Assembly (NCBI RefSeq): GCF_964204645.1
Contig: NC_134026.1
Span: forward strand, 1,511,950-1,575,949
Origin: Tubulanus polymorphus
Taxonomy: Eukaryota > Animalia > Nemertea
Direction: 5' to 3'
DNA: 64,000 nucleotides
Below are positions 39,522-53,082 of the stretch, piece by piece (position 1 is the first letter of the stretch; every line of letters begins with the position of its first letter). The notes under the pieces are model-generated. The model was given only the letters and a program-made list of their open reading frames with translations, was not told the DNA's origin and ran no database searches. The position numbers and the translations under genes are program-made.

Positions 39522-41218
39522 ATGAATTCTGCTATGCTCACCAGTAAACAAACAGCTTCAAGTGGACAGGAAGGTACACCAAAATCAATGATTCTACCTA
39601 AGAAAGAGCAGGTTAGTTTCTGTACGGTCTGTGTCAATAACTTGGGAAGTAGGATTCAGGATTGATTGTCTTCAAAAATTGAAGGCTGAAGCCATGTTTT
39701 GGTTTCACTTTTCTCTCATTAGGCCTTGCTAATTTGTTTAGCTCGGTTGGTTTTGGTTTCACCTGTGATTCTCCATCACAAAAATCTTTCAGGTTTCTTC
39801 GATCATTTCTGGTTTTGTGTTTGTCAATGAAATGCCGAAGACTGAGGTATATCAGTTATTTGAAGAATCGATGAATTTTATCATCTTTTTCAGTCACTCA
39901 CTGTTGGTAAAAACAGAAAAACATTGCAGACTATTCAACCAACAGCAACACGATCCGAATCGGCCCATAAACCACACGTAAGAATTAAATATCAACGACG
40001 TTTCTGAAATGTTTATTCTAATCTATGAATTTTGATACTTTTGCTAACAGTGTACAAACAATTCTGAGCTATATTAGCTTTCGTGAGACCTGGTCTTGAC
40101 CGTCATTTACTTGATGTTGTTTATGGCTTGCAGGTTAAACTGAATATCAATCCTCTCACGCCTAAACGTGTCAATGTTTATCAAGATCCGAAGAAAAAAG
40201 CGAAACAACAGGAATCACAACAAGATGCTGATTTAGCAGAAGCCCATGAACTGATGGTCCAAGGTGAGTACTACTTGTTTTCTCAATCAATTCGATACCA
40301 ACTTCCTTTGTTCTAAATTACACGACCTTAACTCGACAATAAGTCGTCATCAAATAAGTTGTCACATTACTGAAATAGCTCGGGTATATATTGAAGAGGA
40401 TATTTGCAATGAATAATTCACCACGTAATCAAAATTTCAATTTCACAGAAACGATACCTGAAACATATTGGAAGGAAATAGCCGAACAAAGACGGGCTGC
40501 ATTGGCTGAAGCTTTACAAGAGAATGAAAAGGTAATTAATCATGTGTGATATAAGTCGTGATTACGCAAGCATTTTTGGGTCTTTGCTCGTTTGACATGA
40601 GCCAAATGTTAACACAGGGTCAGTAAAATTATTGCGTCTGAATGCTTATTGGTCCTGGAAGTGACTCACCTCGCTTGCCACAGCATCATTTTGATAAAAT
40701 TTTAGTGTGGAGTTTATGGTTTAAGTGTGAACACGCTCTATTTAGATAGAGGCCAAATTTTGCTCGGTCCGGGCGAGTTTGACCCGGGCCAAATCGTTAG
40801 CGTGTGATTGCGACTATTGAAAAATCTAAATCAAACTGAAATTCAGTAGAATGCGCTTTAGATAATGAATATCATTACAATTTCATCACTGATCATCATT
40901 TTACTATAAACCCTTATTTCGTTATTGTTTTTTGCAGTTGCACAAGTCGATTGAAAAACTCGAAATAGAAAACTCTGAATTGAAAGAAATGGCCGACCAG
41001 GCCGAGTATTACGCCGGAATCATAAAGGTACTTGCTGAGAATGGCTTTTATCGTGCGGTAATGATGTAAATGATTCTCTATACTCCTTATTTCAAAACAT
41101 TTTTCAGACATTATTAGAAGAACAGAATGATTCGGGACTCGGTTCTGATCTTCACGTCACTCAGGAAGAGATTGAAAACGCACCTGATAACGATTCCAAG
41201 GAAGAATCAGATGATTAA
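39522..41218 (+). CDS. GMNN: Geminin (replication licensing inhibitor), 7 short exons, mostly absent from the ORF track
   Basis: It has the D-box RKTLQTIQP and the geminin coiled coil ETIPETYWKEIAEQRRAALAEALQENEK|LHKSIEKLEIENSELKEMADQAEYYAGIIK, followed by an acidic tail. Exons are ~39522-39611, 39793-39846, 39894-39977, 40135-40263, 40448-40531, 40938-41027 and 41108-41218. Confidence 0.9.
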
Positions 41219-42308
41219 CGATAACTCTTCACTTTCTGATATTAACCGTATAGTTGTGATATAAGTGCATTATTATGGCTGAAAAACTCTGTAGTCTCTG
41301 CAATTTTCAGTATTTCTGTATTCTCAAATTCGATGAGTGATTTGTTTTGAAATAATTGGTATCAGTCAATATGATTGAACTGGTTTGCATTTATTTTTTT
41401 GTGTGGGCAATGTCTGGTTTTGTATACTTTTTCTAAAATTGTGGTGTGAATGTATTTTTAAGGATTTAATAAAAAGTGATCATTATCTTCATTGTTTTTT
41501 TGGTATCGGTTTACTTTAATACGGATTCGATATAACATGCAGGAGGATGATGTTTTATTCATGGAAAAATAATTTTGATGGAATGAATGGTGGTCAGATA
41601 GACTTTTGAAAGAGGACTAGAAAGCAGGAGGCAGGGGGATTTTCACGATCATGTTAGTGCAAAACGAGGCTGAAACAATCGTCTAGTGATCACAGAAAGA
41701 CATCTCGAACGGGTTGAATAGGACAAAAGACAATAGATAAGACATTAATTAAACTACTTTCCATTTTTTAATTCTAATTTCTACAGAACTGCAGCGTATA
41801 AAACAGTTAGAATATTTTACTAAACATCATACATTTTATAATCAACTGTAGATCGTACTTTAATGTCATTTCTACTGATGACAACTACGTTTCATATATA
41901 CATAACTTCCTGTGTTTGATCTAATTGTAAAGATGATATTAAACGATGACATTTTGAGGTTGCTTTCAGTCAAAGGGTAGATTAACAACGTCAACGGAGG
42001 CAAGCAATCGATTGCAAGCGCTTTTTCCTCTTAATAGCCGATCATTGTTGACATGCTGAAGATGTGATTATGAAAAAAATGAACCATGAATGTAAATAGT
42101 CCCAGTGAGAAAAAAATGCTAAATCTACAAAACCTAATGACGAGCGTAAAAAAAATTAGACAGGACAGTTGACTATGCCAGTGTTTTTGTTATACGAGTC
42201 CCGATTCTTTTTGATTTTCATTTGTTCCTATATTTAATCTGTTCAATGTCACGTTGAGGTAGTGAGGGCTACGCTATCTTAGCATCCATTTGATGATTTT
42301 AGTTCTCA

Positions 42309-45300
42309 TTACTGGCATATAGGACAACATTGTCCTGGTACTTTCTTCGGATCGGTACATGGAGCTTTGGAACAAATTTCAGTGATACAAGCAGCTCTCC
42401 CTCTCTGAAAATAAATCGACACATACCGGTATATTAAACCAGTTCACATTGATATCAATTTTGTTTGCGGATAACAAGAACATATATACCTTGCATTTAC
42501 ATCGTTTACAGTTGCCTTCAGTCCATTGTGATTTGTGGCGACGGGTTCTGCCTTCTGAGTCGATACATTCCGTGTTCATATGACGCTGCATCAATCGTAC
42601 CTGAAAAAATCCACCATTTAATGAACAATCATTCAACTATCGAATCATATTCAGGAAAATAATATGAAACATCACGAACCTTCTTTCTTAAATCATGAAC
42701 CATAGCTTCAAGAGATTCAACAACGTCTTCCATTTGATCCATTCGTTTCTGCGAAATTTCGGTATTATGATGATGACCATGGCGATGAGATTTCTGATGA
42801 TTTTCATCTACTACCGGAGTTTGTTGTGGTCCATCATTTACTGGTTTCTGATGAGGAAAACTGAATTCGGAAGAAAGTCGATTTCTCGATATCAGTAAAG
42901 AATTGAAATGACCAGACCTTTGACAATCTGAAATAAAAGTTAAAATGAAAATAAATCATACATTCATTGTTAACTACCAGTTATCCCGGTGCGATTACTC
43001 AGTGCCACATACCATGGCAGCATTCGGACCAAACTTTGAGATCGATTTGCGGAACTTCTCGACAAGAAATGAATTCACTTGGATCTTGTAGACGGAAGAT
43101 ATCTTTCGGAATACGCTGAATTGTGCCATCGTGATTATTACAAAATACCGATGATACGGTCACTTGTTTGATTTCGGCTAATTGCGTTGCGGTGAACTGG
43201 TCTGGACTTTCATACCAAAACCTGTGAATAAGAACATGAACATCTTTTTTATTCATCCATGAAAGTATCGAATAAGTGTCCAATATTATACAACGTCTAT
43301 AGTTTACCTGTCACCATCTCTGATATTTCTGAATTGATCTACGATTATGCACATGAAAGTCGGGCCAATTTTAGCACCGGGTACAACATCTTCGTTCATA
43401 CCACCGACAAATAAATCGATGTTACTCGGGTGGCCGTAAACTTCTTCTAGTTTCCTTCTTATATCGTTACTTTTGATTTCATTTCTCAAGTCGTCAAATG
43501 TCCGAGCGTAAGTGAGGTTGCACAGTCGGCGAAAGTCGTTATAGTTCGGTAATCCGTGATCGCGACCTCGCTGTATATTGAGAGCAGCTAAATCTAATGC
43601 AACTGTATGCGCCAGTTTGAACAACTTTTCCGTTAATTCTGTATTCATTACGTGTCCGGGTTCGATAGCTTTTGCACCCCTAGCGTACAATCCACGTAAA
43701 ATAGGATCGACGCCACCTTCTTCTACGAGTCGGTAAGGTGCGAAGAAAGCTTTATGGAGAGGCAAATTTCCTTGCGAAGTCGTTTCGTAATTCTCATTTA
43801 ACCGGAATATGATAGGACTGATTAAACCGTGGCCAAATCTAAACGCTCCCGTCGCAAACGAATTGATAATTGACGGACGAACGTTGGGATTATAGCCTGA
43901 ATATTTTCCCAATTTTCTCATTCCTTTCGGACCTAATATATTCGGCAGCCAATGATTATAGCTTATATGTTGCATCGTAGCACCGACGATTTTGCGAGCT
44001 TCATGATAGACCATATCGCCGTCCCAATGAGGATTTATATCCGATAGATTTGCGGCTATACGATTATGTTCTCGCATCCACAATGTATGCATAGATAATA
44101 AGCCAAGTTGCTCATTAGCTCTGTGATCTCCGGCTATAAAACACGGGATATGAGCTCTGTTCGGATCGATTTGACAATCCACCGGTGCATCGATATTGTA
44201 CGGAAGGAAACTTTTGCCGTTTTGTAACGTTATACCGACTTTCAGCCTGCCCCGATTTCCCACCAAATCTCGTAGATTATCCCCTTCTTCCTGGGAACTA
44301 CCGTAGATATTCGACGCATCGATGAACGATGTTATTTGATTTATCTGTTCTCGATGAACGACTCGATTGTAGAATACAGAAGTCGTACCGGAGCCGCACA
44401 TGGCGCTCGAGCGAGTGAAACCGATGCATCGGTGTCGTCTGATTCTCGGGTCGTTTTCGGGAATTTTAATCGGAAAACACGGAGCGTGATTGTTGCAGGT
44501 TTCATTACAATGTCGTCCATCACTGAACCGAGCATTGCTCAGTGCCTGGGGAGTAAACACGATATCATGATCTAGAAATTGTCCCCATTGCATCAGCATA
44601 TGCGTGAATCGGTTATCAGATGATATTTTATGGGAAGACATGATCTCCAAAGAGACGAGACGAGCGCTGGGTTTGCGGTAACCAAAATGCCGTCGATTTG
44701 GATCCCATCCTGAAATGATTGTAGATAATTGTGAAGTGAACGTTTTTGTTCGTGTGATTTTTGGGTGAACGAATTTAAAGAATTAAAACGAATTGTGTCT
44801 CTATTTCGGCCTTACCTACTGGAGTACTTATGCCATTTTCGTATGCTGGATTCAGTAGACGAGTCATTGGAGTGAGGGACGCTCCCCACATCGGTTCACG
44901 AAGATTGTTACACGTTCCGTCGAGTGTACGATATTTCTTATGGAAGCACATGTTGGAGCAGTCAATGGGTGTTCGGTGGGCCTCACAGCCCGATAAGTTA
45001 GCGATGATTCCGATTTGTGAAGGAGAAAGAATCTGATCGATGGGAATGCCTGCATCTGAAAGATCATTTTAGACAAACTCGTATTATCAACTACGGAAAG
45101 TAATTGCTTAAACTTTGCTTTTTTCTTAAAACACGGCCCGATTTACCTGTATGAGTCGTATTGAAGCGATCACCTCTACCGACTTGTCTTAGAATATTTT
45201 CCAATGATTGCTCAAATATTTCGGTGGCTCTCGTTAAAGCTAATGCACTGTTAGACGGTAATCGAAACAACGTCAGTAGATCACCGGGCGATCTTGTACG

Positions 45301-48300
45301 TTTGTTGTTTAGAAGTTCTGCTATTGTTTTATTTATGGCAGTATTAACTTCATGTCGGGCATTTTCGACCGTTATATTTAGATATCGATTACCGAGTAGG
45401 TGAGCAGATCGTTCTGAAAGCGAAACAACTTTAAAGACACTCGCGAACATAGATAGCATGGATTATTCATAAACGGAGATGCAACTTACTACTGACTGTT
45501 ATTGTAGCTGTAGTCTGAATTGTACTGACATCGTTAGTTACAATACAATGATATATTCCTTCATCTGATTCAGTTATATTGTAAATCACTAATGAAAGAA
45601 TACTTAATGCATATTTCACCGATGACCTGAGTTGCCGTCCATTTTTGGTCCAATAAATATTCGGCCTCGGATCACCAGTAGCACTACATGGCAATTCAAC
45701 ATTCGAGTACAAAGCAACATTTGCATCTTCCGGCGATGTTATGAAGGAAGGTGGAACTGAAAGAAAATAACGCCGAGAACAAACGTTTAGATCCCAACAC
45801 CTTGCATCGTATGAAGAGCAACAAGTCATAAATTCCCAAGAACCCCTTATTCCGGACATAGTTCCTGATTAATTAGCTTTCTGTATGTACCAGCTACTTA
45901 CTTTTAGGTCGCACGATAAGTTCGGCAGTGGCTCGTTGTTCTCCAGCCGAATTTCTGGCAATGCATTCATAAATGCCTTGATCTGGTACACGACTGTAAT
46001 CAATCGTTAGAACAGAACCATCTTCTATATTCACAACCTCGTGTCTACTGGTAACAGGTAACACCACGCCTGTAAAATAGCATTACAAAGGATTTACACA
46101 GCTTTAAGAAGGGTAGTACAAGGAACGACTTTTGGATGATTCGAAAAGGTACCTCCTTTAACCCACTTAATAGTAGGATACGGATAGCCATGTGCCCGAC
46201 ATGTAAATGATGCGGTTTCGGCCTCTATTACTGTGTAATCTCTTGGAGCTTCTACGATTATTGGTGAAACTGCAAAAACAAAATAAGCCACGCTTCAGCT
46301 GATGTAATTTCAGTTCGCTCAAAAACTGGAGAAAGATCGACGTCTCTTGAGTCTTGTATGTTTTTAATTCGCTCATTAATTGTACCTTGTATTTTCAGCT
46401 CAACTGCCGCAACATCTGATCCAAAATTATTGGTTGCCACGCATTCATACGTCCCTTCATCGCTGAACTGGAGATCAATTATGAATAAAGCACCTTTTGC
46501 TAGGATGGTATATCGTGGGTTATTAGGTAGTGGCAGACCTTGCTTCCTCCATGATATTAATGGTGCAGGAGATCCCCGCGCTTCACAGTCCATCTTGATC
46601 GATTCTCCTTGTTCTACGTTGATATTAGTCGGGCGGACCGTCAAAGATGGACGGCCAAATGCTGAATATAGAAAAAGAAATCATATTCATGTACGCTTGC
46701 ATATAGACCATCGATGTTCTAGAAAATAGGATATGTAAGCTGTAGCCAGAAACAGTCATGTTTAGCCTAAGATGTCAAAAACTGTAACAATCAGAGGGAC
46801 ATTATACAGTGGAACCTCGTTAAAACGAGCATATTTTATGGCCCCGTTCCACTGTACTACCTTACCTGTTGTTGTTATCCCTTTTATCGTCTCTCACTAA
46901 AAGGTACTTACTTTCAGGAGAATCATTAATGCTCTCGTTGGACTCATCACTGGGTTCATCTGTTACTTCGACTAATTCTTTCTGTTCTACTGCATTGTGC
47001 TCAGTCTGTTTTTCTTCGGGAGATTTTTTCTCAGAAACTAGCGGTAAACTGAGGACGCCATGTCCATCGATGTTGATGGTATTTTCGTTGTTTTGGTTGG
47101 TTCTGTAACGTAGAACGGCGGCTGTACTGACTGTTTCACCGATATCGTTCTTCGCCATGCATTCATAGGAGCCTTTATCATTATCATCCACATCGGTGAT
47201 CACAAGTGTACCGTCATCCATCATACTAAACCGCTGATCATTCGACAATTTTATCTTTTTGCTGAAGAGAAAAATGTATTCCTTTTCCATTAATGATCAG
47301 ATACAATGTTTAAACGAAATAATTACGCATCATTTTAATCATTTACCCATCGTGAAACCATGATATTTCTGGTTCAGGGCTACCGTCCGCGCTACAATGG
47401 AAGTATACCGTATTTCCAAACTTTACTTGTACATCGTTCGGTTGCTTTGTCAGGTGAGGTTTAACTGAAATCAATGTTCGTTATCATTTCACGTATTCAG
47501 TAACCATTTTTTTCTTTAGGTTTTCTCTGTTGGTTTTTACTTAGAAGGTAGAGATAGTGTTCTAGAGTATGAACTTGGATCCGTTTCACCAGCGATGAGA
47601 ATATAAAATCCTCGTCAGTCCAGTTCTGCTAGCTGCTGGTGATGATATTTTCGGATAGCTGTATATAGTATAAGGTACCTGAGTGTACGTACTGCAATGC
47701 ATTTCTGCCATGTCAATATCCTGTATGGACTTTCCTTGAAGATCATTCGGAGACTCACAAACTGCACCTTCGGCATCTCTTTCACCCATCATCTTTTTCT
47801 TTTTCATCAATTCGGTCAACCAGACTATACCACAATCGCATACGAGGGCATTAGAGTCTAAACGCCTAAATGTTTATTGACGAGTAAATAGTAAAAAAGT
47901 AGGTGTAAATATACGAATCGCAAGTCTTTGGACAGGCAAATACTGCGCTTCATGTAATTATGCGCCAAGAATAACATAACTATTAGTACAGCAAATGTAC
48001 CACAGGTCTTCCACATTAACAGTTATACCAATCTGTTAAACCTTTATTATTTCGACTTAATTCTTTATTTCGAAGCAGGAAGAAAGTTATGAAATTGCGC
48101 AGCGCCTGGTATTCTATACCCGTGTGACCATATTTTAAACATCTCACTCATTTTTCATCACGGTATCGCGTTATCTACGTTGAAAATATGTTAAGTAAAT
48201 TCTACGCGGATATTTTCGGTGAACTAAAATGTGGTGGGTGCGTGAACGAACACTTACAATCTTCGTAAAGACGGCAGATTGGCAAATACCCCACGAGACA

Positions 48301-51300
48301 ACTTCTTCAGATTGTTATTGTGTAAAAATCTGAAACAACAAAAACATCTTTTAAAACTGACACCGAGTGAACGAAGAGCAGTATCTATGGAATCTACGAG
48401 AATTTTCTTCTTTTTTTGTATTAAAATCGTAGTTGGACCTGTTTTACTTTGGCACACCGCATATACCGAGGAGATTTTTGTAATTAATGATTAATAGCAT
48501 TGTAAACGTTGGTATCAAAAAACTGATAAAGCTCATTTTGTGGATCAATGGCCGCGTTATGCAACGTATAATAACTACCGTAAAGCTGTATTTATGTCAG
48601 CACTTCACACTGAGTACTTCTTTTAACGCCAATTATTGATAGGAAGAGGGGATATATATGCATATGGTGAAAAATGTTAGACTACTATTACACCAAGTCA
48701 AAACAGCACTTGTACGCAATTAGGCTTATATAATAAATGGAGATGTATCGGGTTTCTATCCGTGCCAAACATTTCCTGCACGGAATAACAAAATGCCTGC
48801 TACCGTTCGATGTTTACAAAAAGCATACCATTGCATAAAGCATGGAGAAAAAAGTGCATCATGGAAAATTGAAGCTGGCTTAATTGCAGATTTCGTTTTA
48901 TATATAATACCGGCGCAATCATTGTCGTTTATGCATAGAAGTTACGAAATACTTACAGTTTTTGGAGATTTGATAACCCTGAGAATGTTTTTGGCTGCAA
49001 CTCCATTATGTTATTGAAATGTAAATACCTAAAAAAAACCACAATCAATATATGAGTACTGCAAAATATTTGCACTGAAAAGCCACGTAGCTATCAAAAG
49101 CTTACTTGTATCAAAAACCATGTTTTTTCACAGAGTATAGAACTGTATATATACCGAGGCAAGATGTTTATTCTGGACAGCAGACAATACGGATATATAA
49201 CTCTACTTGCCAACAAATAATCCAAAGTGGTTAAGCAAAAATATTTACGAAACCACCAGTTTAAATAAAGAACCCATCCATTCAGTTTCCAAACGTTGAT
49301 TAAAAATACCGCGGGTGGTTTATACAGAAAATAATACGCTACCCTTCATTTGTTTTTATAATATTACTTGAAAGAAGTTGCTTCTCACAGGTATCTCTAC
49401 CTTCACTGAGAATGAAAGGGCTTTGTAAACATTTATCATTCAATAAACTGTAAACTGTACGAGGCGCCTCTTGAAGCACTTTCATATTTGATTCATTCAT
49501 CAGCACTTCATTTTATCTAATTATTTCACGTACTTTGAAGCGTGAATGTATGAAATAGACCCAACGATAAGTACATTCTTTTTGCTTTTCAAATGAATGG
49601 AATGTACATTATTTCGAATCCAAAGCTCTCCGACGCATCCTGCTTCAAATATCTCATTTGCGGTATGCGCTATTATTCTGGCATTCTTTCCCCGACGTTT
49701 CCTAATTGAAAGCGAGCAAATTGTTCTTTGACCAACCACTCTTTCAATCGGTAACGATTTCCACAAAAACAGGAAATGCGTTTTACAGAACTGTGGATAA
49801 CTACCGTAGAGCGACTCGTAAACTGCCAAACCATTAAATGATTCATGTCTTTTAAACAATGCTATGGGATTTGATATAATCCAGATTTTATTCAAATATA
49901 AACTCGTTTGGATTCAAAAGTCAGACATTCAGACATTTCCATCGTTGCAACAATAATATGAGCACTGGCAACATAAAAAAATTTCTCCATGGCACAAACC
50001 GGTAACAGATCTGCACTTGGCCCAGAACGCATGATCCGACGTGAATATTACTTTTTATAGAATCACTCTATAAAAAAGAAGAATTTTCTGAACAAAAGCA
50101 CCGCCGTTTCGTATATGCCAGACATTTTACATAAATCTATAAGTTCTATTCATGTCGTTTTTGATATCTGACTGGGGTGAATAGCACTGGATTTCTCGTC
50201 TTTCATTGTCATCGTTTGTCATTTTTCTCGGGGTGAATTCATGCAAAATTATGACACCGCATTTAGGTTAAATATCACTGGCGAAAAAATTCGCATTTAG
50301 CGACGACAATTAATGGACAATTTGAACTGATTTTGCAGAGATTCCGAATTATATATGATTTTCGTTATCTCTGTGCATTTGAGTACTGTTTATTTAGCAT
50401 GTAGCGGTCACGATTAACCAGCAATCAGTATAATAACCAGAATTATGATCCCGATGTAGCACATGTGGGTATAAAATATGCGTAAAAATGACCGTTTTAT
50501 GAGGAATATATTCGAAATATATTTACTTACAATTCCATTAAATTTGTTAGCTCGCGGAAGGAGTTTTCTTCTATATGGTGGATCTGATTTTTGTATATGT
50601 ATCTGGTAATGGGAAAAAAACAATATAAACATACAAATAAAATATTTAGACTATAGGTTTTTTTATTTATGTTCCGTGCCATCACCCCTCGCACGCAGAC
50701 AAAGCTCCCGTAATAACCACACAACGACTAATGGTACTTGAAAAGAAAGCGGAAATGATGAATTCTGTGTCAGAATATCTGGTTCGTGGGAGTCATATCT
50801 ATGATAGATGAAAGCATGGACTCTTGAGTCCACGATGAAAGTGATAGAAAAAAGGAGTAATTCAAAAATGATTGAAGCTAAAATGATCTAAGATTGGAGT
50901 GAATGCAAAATGATATCGAATTTTCTTTCCCTTTATTGTTGAATGATGAGCGTGTTTTATCGCTGGCTCGACTCGTCGACAATGTCTTCTCAACGAGATT
51001 TCGACGAACAATTGTTTATACAAAACTGTTTGAAATCGTAATAGATGTCCACTTATGTTGAATTACCGAGGATATCTTTTCTTCCAAGTGGGTTTTAATG
51101 TATCTGTCAATCAAATATTGAGTGAAAAACAAAGAATAAAAACAGTGACCTTCGATGACTTCTAGTTCACCTTCTCTAAATGACTCTATTTATATTTAGA
51201 GACTTGGTGTTTGATAACGGTTTCAGCTGTCTATTGGTAATTAAACGAAAAGATCTCTCTACACGTTAGCTTATCAATATGAAAAGACTTCTGCGAACCT

Positions 51301-52406
51301 CACAGTTTTACAAATGTTTCTTTGATAGAACCCAATCAGTGCAAAATATCAGATCGTTACATTAAGTAGTAAAAAATGTACTTACAAATAACGAAGATTT
51401 GATAGACCTTGAAACGATTTTTTCTTAATTCTCTTGATGTGGTTGTTGTTGAGCAACCTATAAAGAATGTCGAATGAATTTGCAGATAAGAATGACTGAA
51501 ACAAGCTGAATGCCTAAATCCATACAAAAAACCAATCCTGCTTCTCCCCGGCAGTAAGATGTTTCCCTTGAAATATCGAATATACTTACAAAGTTTTTAG
51601 CTTCGAAAGATTTCTAAAAGTGCCGGGATCTACATCTGTTATTCTATTAAATCTCAAATCTCTGCAATGAAAAAAAAAACAGTTTTACACAAGTTGTCTG
51701 CTATAGAGCCGACCTACTTATCTAAAAAAGCCATGTGTTGCTATGAGCCGCGGCTCCTATCATAACATATCCGAAGGCACTTTTTGCCGAGGCGGACTAA
51801 GTATGTTTTTACGGAAAGAAAAACCCTTGTGCGACTTAAGTTTGAGCCACAATATAAACACATTCGAGAAGCTCCAACCGCAGCTTTATTTCTTAATAAT
51901 CCCGGAAAGTCAAGTAAGATAAATAACGAGAAGAAAATAATGATCTATTCTTGTTCGCAGAAATTTTCGAGCTTTTTCTATAGAGTACCAAAAGATATAT
52001 TTCACAACTTGTGATAAAATCAATTCTTATCTTTATCTCTAGCAAATAAAAGTACAATATCATTACGAATATCCATGTATTCATAAAATAAACAGTTCTT
52101 ATCTGGGCTCAATTAGCTCATATGTATATTACATATAGAATCGTGTCTTGTGGAGAAACGTACGAAATATTAATAGGCAATTGATTTATTACGCATTTCT
52201 GTTTCATTTGATTTATGGTGTTACAGAAGTTAAAAAGATCTAATTACTTACAGTAATGTGGATTCAGCGTCTATAGCTGGAATAGACCTCAATTGTAGAA
52301 ACATACATCTAACACTTTGTTTGAAACAAAAACATCTATCAGGACACCCATCTCCAGAAACTGATACCGCCAGCAACAAAATAAGCAATATATTCCGTGC
52401 TGTCAT
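42309..52406 (-). CDS. PXDN: Peroxidasin (signal peptide, LRRs, four Ig domains, heme peroxidase, vWC)
   Basis: The protein starts [37 protein letters not shown]. Five 72-nt LRR exons (51661-51590, 51457-51386, 50602-50531, 49028-48957, 48329-48258) lead to the LRRCT and four Ig domains. The peroxidase motifs [22 protein letters not shown] and NIQRGRDHG are intact, and the C-terminal vWC ends [10 protein letters not shown]. Confidence 0.96.
46807..46854. mobile_element. Very short pogo/Tigger-like MITE with TA target duplication (PXDN intron)
   Basis: The sequence reads TA-CAGTGGAAC ... GTTCCACTG-TA and is 48 bp long. Confidence 0.7.
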
Positions 52407-52809
52407 TGTCGTTTATCCTTTCAGTAACTTCGCTAGTAACGTACTGCCAATGAGCACTTGAGTTCACCCAATTATGTTTTCTGCTGGGATCCTAGAAAAG
52501 AACCGACGCACAACTGACTTCCTAATGTTCATGCGCGACAGAAGTTATTCGCCACTTCATTCCGATAACGGGCCGTGTCTGTCAAACATGGACTAGGCCT
52601 TGCCTATACAATACGCCTTTTCTATAGTTTTTGGTTGAAATAAACGGAAACTAATCTGAACATTTAATACGAAAAATTCTTTGATATGTACATAACTGAT
52701 GTACTGACGTGTAGGAATATACACACTGCTTTCCTGGAATTAGAGTGGAGACCCAGAAATACCAGTGGCGGCTGTTTTAAATTCTGTAAACCATCAGCAA
52801 CACTTGCCG

Positions 52810-52988
52810 GTTGGTGTTGCATTTACAAACGGGGTTACAAAAGGACGCGCTTTTTTATTGAATATTCTAATCTGTATGAATATTCAAATTAATGCGCCAT
52901 GTGCTATATTGAATATTCAAATTAGAGAACTCAGGATGAAAGGGGCCGGTGGCGCACTTTGCTTTGTAAATGGAGTGGAAATACCAAC
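52810..52988. repeat. Foldback element in the PXDN/EFCAB9 divergent promoter
   Basis: GTTGGTGTTGCATTTACAAA is inverted against TTTGTAAATGGAGTGGAAATACCAAC. Three internal copies of TGAATATTC(A/T)AAT lie at ~52859, 52877 and 52910. Confidence 0.5.
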
Positions 52989-53082
52989 AATGAAGACTGT
53001 TTTGGTATCTCTAGATTATTTTTCAAAGCTCCCTTCTCAGTACGTTCCCATCATCAGTACGTGAGTACACACGATCAAAATC

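Noticed and set aside
52131-52200. Possible duplicate LRR-NT exon of peroxidasin ([22 protein letters not shown])
   Set aside because: The adjacent donor is phase 0 but the next LRR exon needs phase 2, so the resemblance is probably chance.
52765-53064. ORF upstream of EFCAB9 as an N-terminal extension
   Set aside because: It overlaps a foldback element and has no recognisable homology. EFCAB9 similarity starts at the ATG at 53083.
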